Below are positions 1 to 13,364 of a DNA stretch of 64,000 nt, piece by piece (position 1 is the first letter of the stretch; each line of letters opens with the position of its first letter). The stretch comes from Octopus vulgaris. Its lineage: Eukaryota. The stretch is taken from positions 90,148,001-90,212,000 of the forward strand of contig OX597820.1 of NCBI GenBank assembly GCA_951406725.2. Direction: 5' to 3'. Both the position numbers and the translations under genes were made by a program. The notes under the pieces were generated by a model. It saw only the letters and a list, made by a program, of their open reading frames with translations. It did no database searches and was not told where the DNA came from.

Positions 1-394
1 CTGTTACTGGTGAAGTCGAATGTTTCCTCCTCATTACGGCCGTTCTTGTATATTTTAGAGGTGGTTCTGCTTCTGTTTGTTTAGTGATGACGGCGGTAGT
101 AATGCACATTTGTCTACGAACATTTTTGTCTTACATATTGTTCCTCCGGTTGCAAATGTTGTTGTTGCAATAGCCGTTGTTGTTGTAGCTGTAACTGTTC
201 ATATTCATGTTGTTTTTGTTATTGTTGCTGTATTTGTTGTAGCTGTACGCATATTTGTCTGGTCTGTTTATTTTTCGGTAATTCTGCCTATGATAGTCAA
301 GCTAGCTGTATTTGAGCTAGCATCGATTCTATTAAGTGTCATTGACAGCAGAATATTTTTTTCTTTCTACAACAATTTAGTTGAATGTGGTTTG

Positions 395-850
395 GTTTAA
401 ATAGGTGGCCGTTCACATTGTACAGTGTGGTTGTCAAATCCCGGAACACAGGACCAAAATTGGTTACCGTGGGGACAGCCGCCAAGTTTTAGTGGTCAAA
501 CCTATCGGAAGCTTTCGATTGATCTAAGCTGAGAAAGAGATTGCCCAGAGAAGTTCGTAATCAACCTTCTCTATAATGTATTGCATACGGTGTAGATTGT
601 CGTACACGCGTTGGAAATAGCTCATGTTGAGCATCACTGATTTTCAACCACAAGAGCAAAATTTCTCCGCTAACCCCATGACCAAAAACGAAATCTGCAT
701 TTAGTAAAGTTATGAACCAAACTTATCGATGTGAAATCCCTTGTTCGCGTTCATTCTTAGCAGTGAAACCACTGCTTGTCTCAAAAGAATTGAGGATTCT
801 TCTGCACCTCTCACATATGCAGTGGATATCTGCCGATACTTTTTTATGAT
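395..850 (-). mobile_element. Decayed L1/Tx1-type LINE reverse transcriptase fragment
   Basis: Manual minus-strand translation across stops and frameshifts gives AVVSLLRMNANKG..ITLLNADF, SLDQSKASDRFDH and NFGPVF..LYNVNGHL. These match the RT motifs RPITLLN.D.K, LD..KAFD.V.H and VNG..S. Confidence 0.8.
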
Positions 851-1419
851 TTATATGCGCGACCCTTCTATAATGTATATGTATGCCCCAGTATAGCTGG
901 CATCTAATGCCTGAAACAAATAAATGATAAATGATAAAAAATACGAAATAATATTCCCATTGTCAAACATGTATACTGTAACATATTTTTGTTGAAATGC
1001 CATTATTTTTACCATTCTTTAAAATTTATGTTTGTTAGTTAATTAATATTCTTTTTAGCTGTCGTATATTTCTGTTTCTTTGGAGCTCTTACTCATTTCC
1101 CCTTGATATATGAGAGGGAAATTCGGCAGGAAAACGGCATCTTTAACTTGAGTGCTTTACTCTTTTGGAGGATATTACGGTCAAGAGTAGATTTCAGTCT
1201 TCCACAATTCATTTGAAAATTCCTATAATATAAATCCTAATATAAACACTTTTTTATGCTGCTCATACCTGCTAGAAGCGAAGACATGTCGATCCATTCG
1301 ATAGAAAGTTTGACTATGTTTATAAAAATCAAATCAACAAGCAAATTGCTGATGGGTGCTAATGCCTGCCAATAAGATAATATTTCATGAGGTTCACGCA
1401 GAAGAGCGAAAATCCAAAA

Positions 1420-2860
1420 ATAAAGGTTCTATTCATTCTCAATACGTTGTGCAAAATAGGAGTATGAGTATCTGAAAGGTGTTTATTTTCCCTGTCATCG
1501 AAGTCTCCAGGTCATCAAAAGCAATATGAGCATGAACACGACTTATTAATCCAGCACATGAACAAGCTGAGATACCACAATATGAAGAATGGTTGTTTGC
1601 GCGAATACACTTGTTCTCTTGATTTTGTTGCCTATTTTAGTTGAGCTATCAAGTCTCTTTATATTTTTCATGATATTATTTTATGGCCGGCTTTAGTCTC
1701 ATTTTTTTCTTATTACAAACCATAACATGGTCATACCAGCATAATCTCTAGATGGCCTTTAGAAAATCACGTAGTACATCAAGTAACCATGATGATACCA
1801 TGTTATTTTGTTTTTATTGGACTGTTGCAAAAGTGTATTGGTAACAGAAAGTCCAAACTCACTGCAAAAAATCATAGTCCATTTGAATTCATTTTGCCAA
1901 GACCATGTTTACCAAGAATATTTGGCCACAATTAATTTGACCAGACACGCGCATTAAAATCTCCCAACAGAAGAATTTTATCTTTATTGAGAACTCGGTT
2001 CATTAATATTCGTAAAACTGAATAAAATTTATCTTCTGCTGCATCTTTATTACCAACTAATGTATCATATTCTTCTAGGTAATTTGGAATTCGGAATAAC
2101 AGAAGCTGGTAATTAGTTTCATTTGGTAAGGTGTCTAGTTTACGTACAATATCATTACTAATAGCACACACCAAATGATATTGTAGCCCACACCAAATGA
2201 TATTTATTCCGCCTCAAATTTACCAATCCAGAAGAAAGCGCACACTCCAATTAATTCATTCAGCTGACTAGAATCTGATAGCCTTGTCTTCAAAAGTGCG
2301 GCATTGCTTACATTTTTACGTCTTAGAAAGTGCGCTATACGTGCTCTTTCGCACTCAAGATGCCTCTTGTGGTCCAGGAGAGTGCATTCGTTCCATATCT
2401 GTTTCTATATCCCATTTCCTGTGTTTTCTAATATTATGTTTCGACTGTGTAGTTGAAAGTCAGGTCAATCACAGTATAATTACAGAATCGTGAGAGCAAG
2501 CAATTTTTAGGGCACCTTCTCTGGCCCGTTCCGTACACAAGGGAAAGAAGTGCCATCCTAAATAGGCTGTTTTGTAATTGCGAAGACGACAAGTACTGTG
2601 TCACGTAGGTTTCAAAGAACGGCCATATGCTTCTTACCACCACGGGAACGAATCTCAAACCAGTGACCTCCAGTGACATTTTCCACCTGTCCTCGCCGCT
2701 CTCACTTCATCGCCGTGGAATTTGATTTCTCCTCATGCTGTTGGGAAAGACCTGCATTATGACTTTATTTAAAGTAGAGAAAACCCACTCTCTTCACTCA
2801 GAAAGAACATCCTGCACTGGAGCACAATGTGATACTTACCAGGTACAGACAAGGATGCAG
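1420..2860 (-). mobile_element. Decayed RTE-clade LINE, 5' region and AP-endonuclease domain
   Basis: ORF 1932-2174 ends ILLLGDFNARV. Flanking broken frames give FFWIG and WPNILGKHGLGKMNSNGL, typical of the RTE endonuclease. A GC-richer putative 5' UTR extends to about 2860; boundaries are approximate. Confidence 0.75.
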
Positions 2861-3014
2861 ATTAAGTAGATTGACTGGCTTGATCAACCAATGATTGGGT
2901 TGATTGCTCAACACTAACATATACACATATACATATAAGAAAGATATAAAAAATATATATATAAATATATAAAATATGAAATAAAAATAAGATAACAATA
3001 TAAACATATATAAA

Positions 3015-3114
3015 CATGTATATCTATGTATGTTTATATGTCTGTCTGTATTTATGTATGTATGTATGTATGTATGTATGTATGTATGTATGTATCTATC
3101 TATCTATCTATCTA

Positions 3115-3165
<51 letters not shown>

Positions 3166-3185
3166 GTATATGTATATCTATCTAT

Positions 3186-3219
<34 letters not shown>

Positions 3220-3220
3220 G
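3015..3220. repeat. Compound (TATG)n/(TATC)n/(TA)n microsatellite
   Basis: Directly visible; explains the YIYI/MYV ORFs here. Confidence 0.97.
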
Positions 3221-3657
3221 CTGCAAAGGTATCATTAGCAGAAAGATTATATACTTGAGAATAGAAGATAATTTCAAATGCCATCTATTAATATAGTTTG
3301 CAGCTACATTTAGGGCATTTAGATTCCAATTTGTGTTATTGTATGCCGATTAGTTATACAGACACATTAAGATTAATGCATTTAGCACAACATGCCATAT
3401 TTTTTGCTATGATGCCCAAGCATATATATACATAGATACATGCATACCTACACACAGATATATGTGTGTGTGTTTGTTATGCATTTGTGGAAGAATGTAT
3501 TTATGTATTCATATGCGAACAGTATAGGAAGGATACTTTAAAACATGCCTTAGAGTAAGTTTTAATTTCATTAGCGTAATAACTTTGTATTTGTAAATAG
3601 AAAACACATCGACGATATGAATATATTAAATGTACAAATATATGTATATATATGTGT

Positions 3658-3706
<49 letters not shown>

Positions 3707-4267
3707 TGTGTTTGTGCATGTGTATGTGTTGGTGGTGTGCATTACTGTATTACTTGACTCCAAGACATTTTATGTTTGATATAGACAGCTATCTTGAATT
3801 AATGCACCAGAGCTACAGCTAATTACGTCAATATAGAGAGAAGAAGGCATATATCGAAAGAAACTCAACCAATTATCTCGTGGAAAATTGTACAACTTAA
3901 ATCCTATCTTATACGATTTTTTTTTTTGCTTTACATTTCTTTGCTCAATAGCAGTGGTGTAATGTTATAATGAAAATTTGCTGTTAGATGGGTGAATATC
4001 ATATCGAACATATAAACGGTCTAGCAACATTAAAAAATATATACCAGAGGTACAAGCATTCCACAATCAAGACTATTTAAACTGGCCCATTCAAAACAGT
4101 TTCACTGAAAATTCCAGGGCAATTTCAGGTATTACGTTAGATATATCCCTAATATTTTATTATTTATTCTTCATCAGAAGTAAAGAGGAGTCCGTTTGCT
4201 TGATGATGCAGCTGATCTGACTTGTTTGATAATTCTCTTGGTTGAATTTGCACATTAAATTTACGAG

Positions 4268-4827
4268 ATCTTTACCTTTTGACCTACAGATTTAAAAGAT
4301 AATTTTCTGTAACAGACACTGGTAGAATGTGTCATATAAAACATCTTTTACTCTTAGCCTTTTTGAGAAAAACTTATATTTACGAACCTATTTCACCTTA
4401 AAGTTCTCGCATTTCGATAATTCCAACCAACCAATGACGTGTATTCAGCTGAATAAAATTACTGCTGTTGTTTGTCAACAAGAAATTCCGGCGGTGTATA
4501 TTTCGTTTGTCACTGTTGTTTATGGCAACCCTAAACCTAACCCATAAACCCTAACCTTAACCCCAAAATCTTAAAACCAGTACAAACGCACGAACGATGT
4601 CATAAATAACAGTGACAAACAAAAAATACACCGCTGATAATTGTTGTTGAGAAACAACGGCAATAATTTTATTGAGCTGAATGCACATCATTGATTGGTT
4701 GAAAGTACCGAAATACGAGAACTCAAAAATGCTAGGAGTAAAACATGTTTTATATGACACATTCTACCAGTGTACGAAGTTTAGTTACAAATTTTTTTTT
4801 TTAATTTGTAGGTCAAAAGGTAAAGAT
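4268..4827. mobile_element. Foldback/MITE-like element with about 250-bp imperfect inverted arms and a telomere-like loop
   Basis: atctttaccttttgacctaca at 4268 is the reverse complement of tgtaggtcaaaaggtaaagat ending at 4827. The arms give mirrored ORFs (MSYKT.. on + and -). The centre 4528-4568 is degenerate CCCTAA repeats. Confidence 0.85.
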
Positions 4828-4984
4828 ATCCATAATAAAAAGCATTCAGCCATCCTATTTTACCGATGATATTTCTTTCGTTTCGAAATTTTAGAATCTG
4901 AACATCTTTGATTGAGTGTATTTTTTGTCTGCTAATGGCATAAATAACATCAGCAATTGGATGTATTTCATATCGACATATTTC

Positions 4985-5145
4985 ATTTTATTCGATTTTG
5001 CATGTTTTTCTGAGTTCAAATGCTGCCGATGTTGACTTTGCTTTTCATCTGTTAAGGTTCGATGAAATAAATACCAGTTGGGAACTATAGTCAATCTAAT
5101 CGACTGGCCCCTCCCCCGAAATTTCTGGCCTTGTGCCAAAATAGG
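4985..5145 (+). mobile_element. SINE family A (tRNA-derived, Nin/Deu-like core), partial
   Basis: B-box-like gagttcaaat followed by gactttgcttttcatc..aataccagttg, shared with many copies in the window. Confidence 0.7.
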
Positions 5146-5280
5146 AAACTAAGATGTAAAGCACCACATTGTCAGTGTTTGCCTCCACTATTTTGTCTGC
5201 ATTGTACATTCCTCCACATTTCTCTCTCCCCCACTCTCTCTATCTCTATGCAGTCACGCACACACATATATATATATATA

Positions 5281-5400
5281 TCACGTGGTCATGTGACCGA
5301 CCAGACCATTAGATGTTGCTACACATCGCTGGTCACAATGCGTTCGCATTGTTTTAGCCTTCGAATGACGCCACCCCGCTGGCTAAGCGAGCAGTCCAAC
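5281..5400. repeat. Short interspersed repeat fragment inside a (TA)n tract
   Basis: GC-richer 120-bp insert flanked on both sides by (TA)n; family not identifiable from this window. Confidence 0.45.
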
Positions 5401-5536
5401 ATATATATATATATACATATATACATATACACACAAATGTATATGTGTTAGCGTTTTAACTATCGTTGCTTATTTAATGCATTTTTTATTTGTTGAGGAA
5501 CTGAATGCCACGCATCCCGACCTTCGTTAACAGTAT

Positions 5537-5599
<63 letters not shown>

Positions 5600-5661
5600 C
5601 ATACATACATATATAGATATATATATATAAACATATATATATATGTACATATATATACATA

Positions 5662-6861
5662 CAGGGGTTGAACAAAGTAATGGAAACACCTACTATCATA
5701 GCCCCATAAGTTTGAAATAGCTATAAAATAGTCAAAATCTTGTTTATTTTTATGTTGTTTTTTTTTTACTTATAATTATTATTGCTTAATATGTTTTGCT
5801 AAAATTGTGGTTTCTTTTCAGATATCATCAGAAAAAGGTAATTAAAATTAATTTAAAATGAGAATTGTATTGGACTTTAAATAGGTCAAATTGTTAGTGC
5901 TCGTATGGCTGGAGCTAGGGTAACGAAAACAGCCGAAATGTTTGGTGTATGAGGAAATACTGTTTCGAAAGTAATGGCAGTTTTTGAAAAAAAAAGAAAA
6001 ACCTCTTCGTCGAAACAAAACTCCAGAAGAAAACCAAAACGTTCAGATAGGGGCCATCAGACTCTTACGCGAATTGTTAGAAAGGAACAATTCTGAGAAA
6101 AGAATAGCTCCCAAAATTTCTGGAGAGCTTAATGACCACCTCAAAAACCCAGTTTCCACAAAACCTGTTCGATGGAAGCTGTACAAATCTGGATTTCACA
6201 GGAAGGCTGCAATCAGAGAACCACTACTTTCAAAAGTAAACGTTTCAAAGTTTTTACAGTGGAGTAAAAACCTACAGAATTGGTCTCTAGAGCAGTAGAA
6301 GAATGTTTACGTGTGGAGACAACCAAAAGAAGCCTTTAACCCAGATCCAGCTGTTAAACATGGAGGATGATCTGTGATGATCTGGGGGGTGGGGTATATC
6401 TAGGAAATCCGCCGGCCCAATGGTTTCCGTTCACGGCAGAGTTAATAGTCAAGACTATTGAAGCATTTTATCTCATCAAATTCTTCTTATGTTTGCGGAA
6501 CTGTTTCTGGAGGGAAACGCAATCTTTCAGGATGATGATACACCAATTCACGCAGCTAAAGTTATTACAGAATGGCACGAGGAACATCTTATCTGGTCAC
6601 CACTCGATTTTATTGAACATATATGCTGCATTTTAGAAAAAATAAGTAAGGGATGTATTTCTTCCTTCACCATCACTACAAGAACTGGAGACGGTTTCAG
6701 CTGAATAATGGACAAAAATTCCATTGGAAAAAATTCAGACTTTGTACGAATCCATACCTCATAGACTTCATGCTGTAATTACTGCCAAAGACGATCCTAC
6801 ACCAAATTATAATAAATTTGTATGAAATTTTAAGGTGTTTCCATTATTTTTCCGAACCCTG
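5662..6861 (+). mobile_element. Tc1-family DNA transposon, defective
   Basis: TIRs caggggttgaacaaagtaatggaaacacct and aggtgtttccattatttttccgaaccctg, each flanked by TA. Broken transposase gives GQIVSARMAGA..TAEMFGV, FQDDDTPIH and SPLDFIEH, with stops, frameshifts and deletions. Confidence 0.93.
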
Positions 6862-9142
6862 TATATTGCCACTCTATCCTCTATATTTATTTCTTACTCC
6901 TCCTCATCTATTTTTCTAGCATTTCCACAAATTTCTTTCTCTTTCTCTCTAGTCCTCTCACTTTTAATTATAGACTTTCTCTCCTCTTTCCTTCCTTCCA
7001 TCCCTGTTCTCTCTGCCGCTCTCTGTCTGTCTGTCTCTCCGTCCCCCTCTCTCTCTCTCTTTCTTTTTTATCCTCCTTCCCCTCTATCTACTGGTCATAC
7101 GTGGCTCGTGGCTAATTTTCCTATTTCTCTGCCTTTTTCGCAACGGACGGTTGGCTAGCCGATCGATATCTATCTCCTCTCTTGCCATTTATGTTTCTAT
7201 ATCCATTCAGGATTTCTTCCAGGCGTTACCCATCATTCATGTCTTTTTGGCCGAAAGGTCGTATTTATTCCCTCTTTATTTATCATCTTAAATTACTTTT
7301 GTTTACTTTCGTACGTCCACTCTGTATCGTTCTGTTCGATCGAAGCCCTAAGTCTCCACAAATATTACGGGTTCCGCCAATATGCCAAGTTCTCAGTATT
7401 ATCATTATAGGCATGAAAATGAGTGTTGCCATTCCTTTGATAAGTGATGAAGAATTAGGGTCCTTCTGAGTCTGCCCTACGTGTACGTTTTTTTTAGCTA
7501 TTGTTGTTTATATAATGCATTTTTCAAATACATTTACATACATATACATGTATACACACGTTTCTGGTGTGCATGCGTGTGTATGTGTTTACTGATCCAA
7601 ATTAACTTTTCTGAACTGAAAAGAACATACTTTGCTGTGAAAGACTTACAAGATCGAAACATGTATGTTGTTTTAACTGGTCAGTTTTAACGACATTATC
7701 TAATTCGATCTGCATTATATTTGTATGCCAAGCATTTTTCATTACCCAATTTCTTTGGCGTTAAATTAATTCTTGTTTGTTTTTAGGTCTTAATCATATC
7801 GAAAAGAAATTTTCTTTTACGAATTGCAGAGATAAGTCCAGTTAATCGATCGCTTTCGCGTCACAGTGTTAAATATGTTACAACTTACCAATTTCAAATG
7901 GTTGCTGCTGTAATGTCACTTTGAAGAAAATATTATTTATTTGGTCGTCTTGCTCTCGTTCAAAAAATCTTCGCTGAATGTAATCTGATCTAACGTATTA
8001 TATGACTCACGCGGTATTAAAATAAATTTGCATTAATGAATTTGTTTTATTTCTATAAAACAAATTACGAATTGAACATGATTCAAGCATTAACTCGTAT
8101 ACGCTGCTATGTTTCAGAAGAAGACATGGTGTACGCAAATATTAATCTTGATTTAAGGGGAATGTGCTGGTTTTCAGAAATGTCTTCGCTATAGATTGTG
8201 TAAAGTCTCAAAGGTGTTGTAAATCTTGCATTACATGGAAAATGGGGAACAGTGGCGACGAAAAGATGAGATCACAAACTATACTGGTTGCAAATATAAC
8301 TTGTTATAGTTAGAGCCATTGTGGCTGTTATAAATGTAGTCAAGCAATGAATTGGAGGTAGGCGTGGTTTCTTTGTCTCCTACGCCTGGTAACGCATTTG
8401 GAAACCTTGGATTAGTGATGCTATAATATGGCTAAACATTTTAATGCAATTGGATATATTTTATTTACATAAGTCACTTCAACGAGAAATGCATCCCCTG
8501 AAAACATTTCATCTAGCTGTGACAATGATTATGATAAATAAATAATGCTATGTGGCTTTTGCTAGTGCTCATCTATATACAAGAAAGCAGGAAATTTGAC
8601 AGATGTACTTTCAGAATACAAATAATTCTATAACCTGAAAACATTCAAAGAAAGGAAACAAACAGAAAAAGAGAGTGTAAAGTTCTTACGATGTAATTAA
8701 AACAATTCTGTTCCGATGTCAGAAATGACACTAAACGCATACACAAACCACATTAATTCCGGAACTCATAAATATCATAATACTTATTATACATACTCAT
8801 CCTGATCTTAATAAATCTCCTTAATGTTTGTCATTTATCGTTAAAGATCATCCTAACTCGTAAATCTATTACAGTTTTAATCTTTGCGATTAATCTCTGC
8901 ATTATCAATAGATGGAGTGTGTTGCGATAGAGATATGCAATACAATGACATTAATAAGTGTCATTTGCCAGCATTTCCAATATTTTTTATTATTTAAAAT
9001 GTGCTTGTAAAGCTAAAAATCAATGCAATACAAAAAATATAGCACTATAACTGTTAGCTTTTAAAAATACACATTGTTAAAGGGAATGAAGACACAAAAC
9101 TATTCTGGTCATACATTAGCTCAATAAAAAAGCGTTACGCGT

Positions 9143-9465
9143 AAAGACCTCCCCCAGTCATGAATGGCCATGCACTGAGAAAATTACCCTCCAAGGGACT
9201 AGTCCGAGCAAAGTTGTTTATGGAAAACCAGAATTAGCCCATGCATACTATGCATACCAAGCCTCCACTCTTCGCGTCACCGATGTTATCCAAGGGGAAG
9301 GCAAAAGCCATTACAACTTGGAACCAGTGACGTCGTAACATTTCTTAGCTGAGTGAACTGGAGCAACGTGAAATAAAGTGTTTTCCTCAAGAACACCACA
9401 CAGCCCGGTCCGGTTCGAGAATCATGATTGTGAACCCGACGATCTAAACACTGAGCCATGCGCCT
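9143..9465 (-). mobile_element. SINE family C (tRNA head ggcgcatggctcagtg)
   Basis: Aligns along its length with the copy at 22541-22863 (gctgagtgaactggagcaacgtgaaataaagtgt). Confidence 0.85.
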
Positions 9466-10144
9466 TTACTTAGCTCAATAATAAAACAGAGTAAATTGCA
9501 AAGATAAAGTAAACAGTAAATTGCAAAGATAAGTAAATTGCATAGATAAACACAAGAGTTGGTACAATGTGTGCTATATTTCATGTTTACTGATTCAACT
9601 GGAAGTGTTTTTAGAATTTAATTATCATGTAATTAAAAGCACTCTTTATATTTGAATAGTAAGTTTGTCTATAGACTTATTCCATGATTCCCATTTATCT
9701 ATATTATGCCAGATCTTGAATTGATAAAGATGTTAGCGAGCTAGAGATGGGCTATCACATATATTCCCGACTCCTGCGCGGAGAGTATAACCTACCGAGA
9801 TCTTCTTAACTTTAACATTTCATCCTTTAATGTAGATAAACGTTAGCAATACTATTATAGGTGATTTACGGCAATGTAAGAGTATGGGGCAAGGTATCTT
9901 GTGGTATCTGTTGCAACTATTTGCATTCTCATAGCAACGCCTACGACGAGTATGTTGCCTAGCTGTATCTGTCTTAACCGCTGGCTTTTCCTTGTCTTGT
10001 ATAAGTTAAATTTTTGTGCATACGCAGCTGTTCTCTTTCTCAGAAGGTCTTCCCAATGTCAGTAGATCCATTTGCTAATGCATCACTGACGTTCACGAAC
10101 AAAGGTAATAGCTGCATAATACTTAGATCTTTCAATTTTCTCAG

Positions 10145-10289
10145 GAGGCGTAGTTGTATGGTAGGAAACTTACTTCCCACATACATGGTTCATGGTTCCC
10201 TGGGCAAGTGTGTTGTACTGCAGCCTCGGGCCAACCCAAAGCCTTGTGAGTGAATTTGACTCACGGAAACTGGAAGTAGTCCGTCGTGC

Positions 10290-10290
<1 letters not shown>
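10145..10290 (+). mobile_element. SINE family B, 5' half
   Basis: catggtt..tgggcaagtgt..gcctcgggccaacccaaagccttgtgagtg then (TA)n; matches copies at 22.9, 27.0, 28.7 and 47.0 kb. Confidence 0.8.
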
Positions 10291-10320
<30 letters not shown>

Positions 10321-10419
10321 AAAATCTACACAGCCTTGGTTGTAAAATCTACACAGACAAAATAGGTAAACGATAAAAGAAAAAAGATTAAAGAATATGA
10401 GTATAGCAATGTCATTATT

Positions 10420-10560
10420 AAATTACTTACATTTGACGGATATTTGTCTTCGTCTTGTTTGTTGTTAACCCAACGTTTACGCTGATATACCCTCCAGGCT
10501 TCATCAGGTGACTTGGAGAAATTTCAAACCTGAGTTCGCATTCCTAAGGTATTTTTTCGA

Positions 10561-10601
<41 letters not shown>

Positions 10602-10712
10602 TCGCTGCCTGGAATCGAACTCGGAATCTCGGGGTTAGTAGGACGCGGTCTTAATCACTACACTATATGCCCGTAAATATTGTACATAATTCCTCATCTC
10701 TTAAATATAGAA
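10420..10712 (-). mobile_element. tRNA-headed SINE-like element with (AAT)n linker and decayed hammerhead in its tail
   Basis: Minus strand: tRNA-like head 10673-10598 (A box tagtgtagtga, B box gagttcgattcc), then (AAT)n, then cacCTGATGA-agcctg..cagcg-tAAA-cgtt at 10510-10470. Confidence 0.7.
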
Positions 10713-11283
10713 AAGTAATGTCATTGTTGATTGGAACTCATCTTTGGATCTACAGGATTTCTGATTTTTTGCAATCTCATGGTGAAGTACATTCTCTTAC
10801 AGCTTTGTGTCATCACATCACTTGGTTAACTGGGAATTATGTTGAAGCCTGTCGGAAAGGTGTTGATGTCCGTGCACTATAAACTTTAGAGGGACGTGTT
10901 TAACACCTCAAAATGACCCTATTTTGCTAGGATCTTGGCCCAGCTTTAACTTTTGAAGTTATTTATTCCCGCATGTCTTAAAATCTCTATAAAATGCAAT
11001 GTGACCAAACAATTATAAATATAAAAAGTGTAAACCTCATTCTATATTACTTTGTGCTGAGTGGATCAATGAAACAAAACGGAGAGTAAGAGAGAGGAAG
11101 GAATAGAGAGAGGAACAGAGAAAGGAAGAAGGAAAAAGAGAGAGAGAGGAGGAAAGAGAGGAAAAATTATTCTGAATGAGATAATGATACTCTTCTTTCC
11201 CCCAGCCAATGCTCATATATTATTTCTTCTTAAATGCTCACAATGGTAACAATACGGAAATGGAAGAAGCTCATCTTATATAT

Positions 11284-11339
<56 letters not shown>

Positions 11340-11341
<2 letters not shown>

Positions 11342-11515
11342 CCACCGACGCTTGACAATCGTTGGTGTGAGTACGTCCCCATAATCTAGCGGTTCAGTAT
11401 AAATACAGGCGAATAAAATATAACCGCAGGGGTTGAGTCATTCGAATAAAAATTCATCTAGACGATGATCCAGCATGGCCGTAATCTATTGACTGAAAAA
11501 AATGATAAAAGATAA
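11340..11515 (+). mobile_element. SINE family B, 3' half
   Basis: gcttgacaatcgttggtgtg..cgtccccataatctagcggttc..ccagcatggccgtaatc..gactgaaa; reverse complement of the 26725-26900 copy. Confidence 0.7.
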
Positions 11516-11664
11516 ATATGTTTTCATTATTATATTCTTTTCCTGGATTCCTTTGCTTGCCAGTCGAATTGCTGGGATATAAGCAATAACTCATTATCTG
11601 CGCTCTCTTCAGACTTGTAATGATATTATCGAATTGCATTTGTCAGAATACGAGAGCATGGGAT

Positions 11665-11690
11665 ATAAAATATATATATATATATATGTA

Positions 11691-11771
<81 letters not shown>

Positions 11772-11790
11772 ATATATATTTATATATATG

Positions 11791-11829
<39 letters not shown>

Positions 11830-11840
11830 GTATATATATG

Positions 11841-11872
<32 letters not shown>

Positions 11873-11878
11873 TATATC
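11665..11878. repeat. (TA)n microsatellite
   Basis: Directly visible. Confidence 0.97.
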
Positions 11879-11884
11879 GGAACG

Positions 11885-12180
11885 TCACTTGATAATATAT
11901 CCTTATAGTCGAATCGTCAAACCCCAATTTCCGCAGACATTTAAACACTTTTCGAACTGGAAATACGAAACTGAGACGGTCATGGAATTCTGAAAGCGTG
12001 CGGACTGGAAAAAACCTAAGGGCAGAGATACCCTTTTCGTCCATTAGTACCGAAAAAATTTTATGCCCGGACTGATGTAAGGCAAAAACAATATATAATT
12101 TTTGACTGGCCGTAATTAACTGACCGTCACAGATTTCTGTCCCCACTTTGAAGAATGTATTCAGTTTATATTCCACAGAT
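11885..12180 (-). pseudogene. Possible decayed piggyBac-like transposase fragment
   Basis: The non-repetitive part of ORF 11643-12176 plus one frameshift reads [24 protein letters not shown], resembling the piggyBac core pattern (RGSFD..D...RW.DN..V). Weak and judged by eye. Confidence 0.35.
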
Positions 12181-13134
12181 TTTATATTCGTAAGTCGACA
12201 GATGACGGTTTAGCAATTTGTTCCTCATGAAGCACACAGATGATTTGTTTACTGAGATTAAATATTTGTCTTTGTACAAACCCACTCACTCCATCAAATT
12301 AAGGTTACTTGTGCAGTTGCAGAAGCGTGCCATATGTCAGATGTGGAAATGATCGCAGCGGAAAATGAAATACAATTAGAACGGGGAATATCAATGAATT
12401 AATCGTTGGCGGAGAGATCGAGAGTGAAGCCTAACTAGTTATTGCAAATAAGGCCAGTAAGAAATATGTAAGTGAATACATAGCAATAAGTATACTTAAA
12501 CATATATACAGATATAAACCTGGATATATTTCTATATATATTCATATATATTATTGTTATCCTTTAATAGGTATGTTTCAGCTGTGTGTAATATATAAGA
12601 GAAAGTGCAAATCTGATACATCTGCAATCCTTTTTCACATATAAAACACAACCTGTACTCTTTTAGAAATCTGTATCTTGTATGAGCGCGCGGTACCGAA
12701 GTCAAGCGAAACTTCTGTTGTTTAAGGCTCAGCAATGGTGTGGTTTAAGACGACGCAAATACTGTTCTGTTGTCCTAACTCCTTCTCACATTATCACTTG
12801 TCGCTTGCCTAGTAAGACATGGTTTTCATTGATTACAACTGACTGGAATTTGGTGGCGTCAAAAACGTTTGACTTCTCATTGCGCCAGTAAGAATATTTG
12901 CGACAATAAAATATAGACACACTGACGTAGTTTCAGGTGAATGGAATGTGTTGCATATGGGAATGCAACCGTGATTCTCTGGTCATCTCCATGGCTACGT
13001 TCCGTGTTTAAGTGACGTATGGTTGAAGTTATTGTCTCCATTGTTCATCGATAGACGAATTCATGCACCTTCTGTGATTTTCATTATTTCTTTCTCTCTA
13101 CTTTTATTCATAATGTTTATTTGGCGGTTGCAGG

Positions 13135-13138
<4 letters not shown>

Positions 13139-13182
<44 letters not shown>

Positions 13183-13201
13183 CATATATATATATACATA
13201 C

Positions 13202-13242
<41 letters not shown>

Positions 13243-13243
13243 C

Positions 13244-13276
<33 letters not shown>

Positions 13277-13297
13277 CATATATATACATACATACAT

Positions 13298-13362
<65 letters not shown>
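13139..13362. repeat. (TA)n/(TACA)n microsatellite
   Basis: Directly visible. Confidence 0.97.

Positions 13363-13364
<2 letters not shown>

Noticed and set aside
1-400. ORF 77-400 (Val-rich) and Thr/Asn-rich minus-strand frames
   Set aside because: Degenerate (GTT)n-like low complexity with stops in every minus frame; possibly retroelement debris, but no supportable gene.
2832-2843. atacttaccagg resembling the U1 snRNA 5' end
   Set aside because: Only a 12-nt match with no U1 body; it is simply a consensus-like splice donor on the minus strand with no supportable exon.
10598-10673. tRNA gene
   Set aside because: A and B boxes are present, but the anticodon and acceptor stems pair poorly and the sequence runs into a repeat body; treated as a SINE head.
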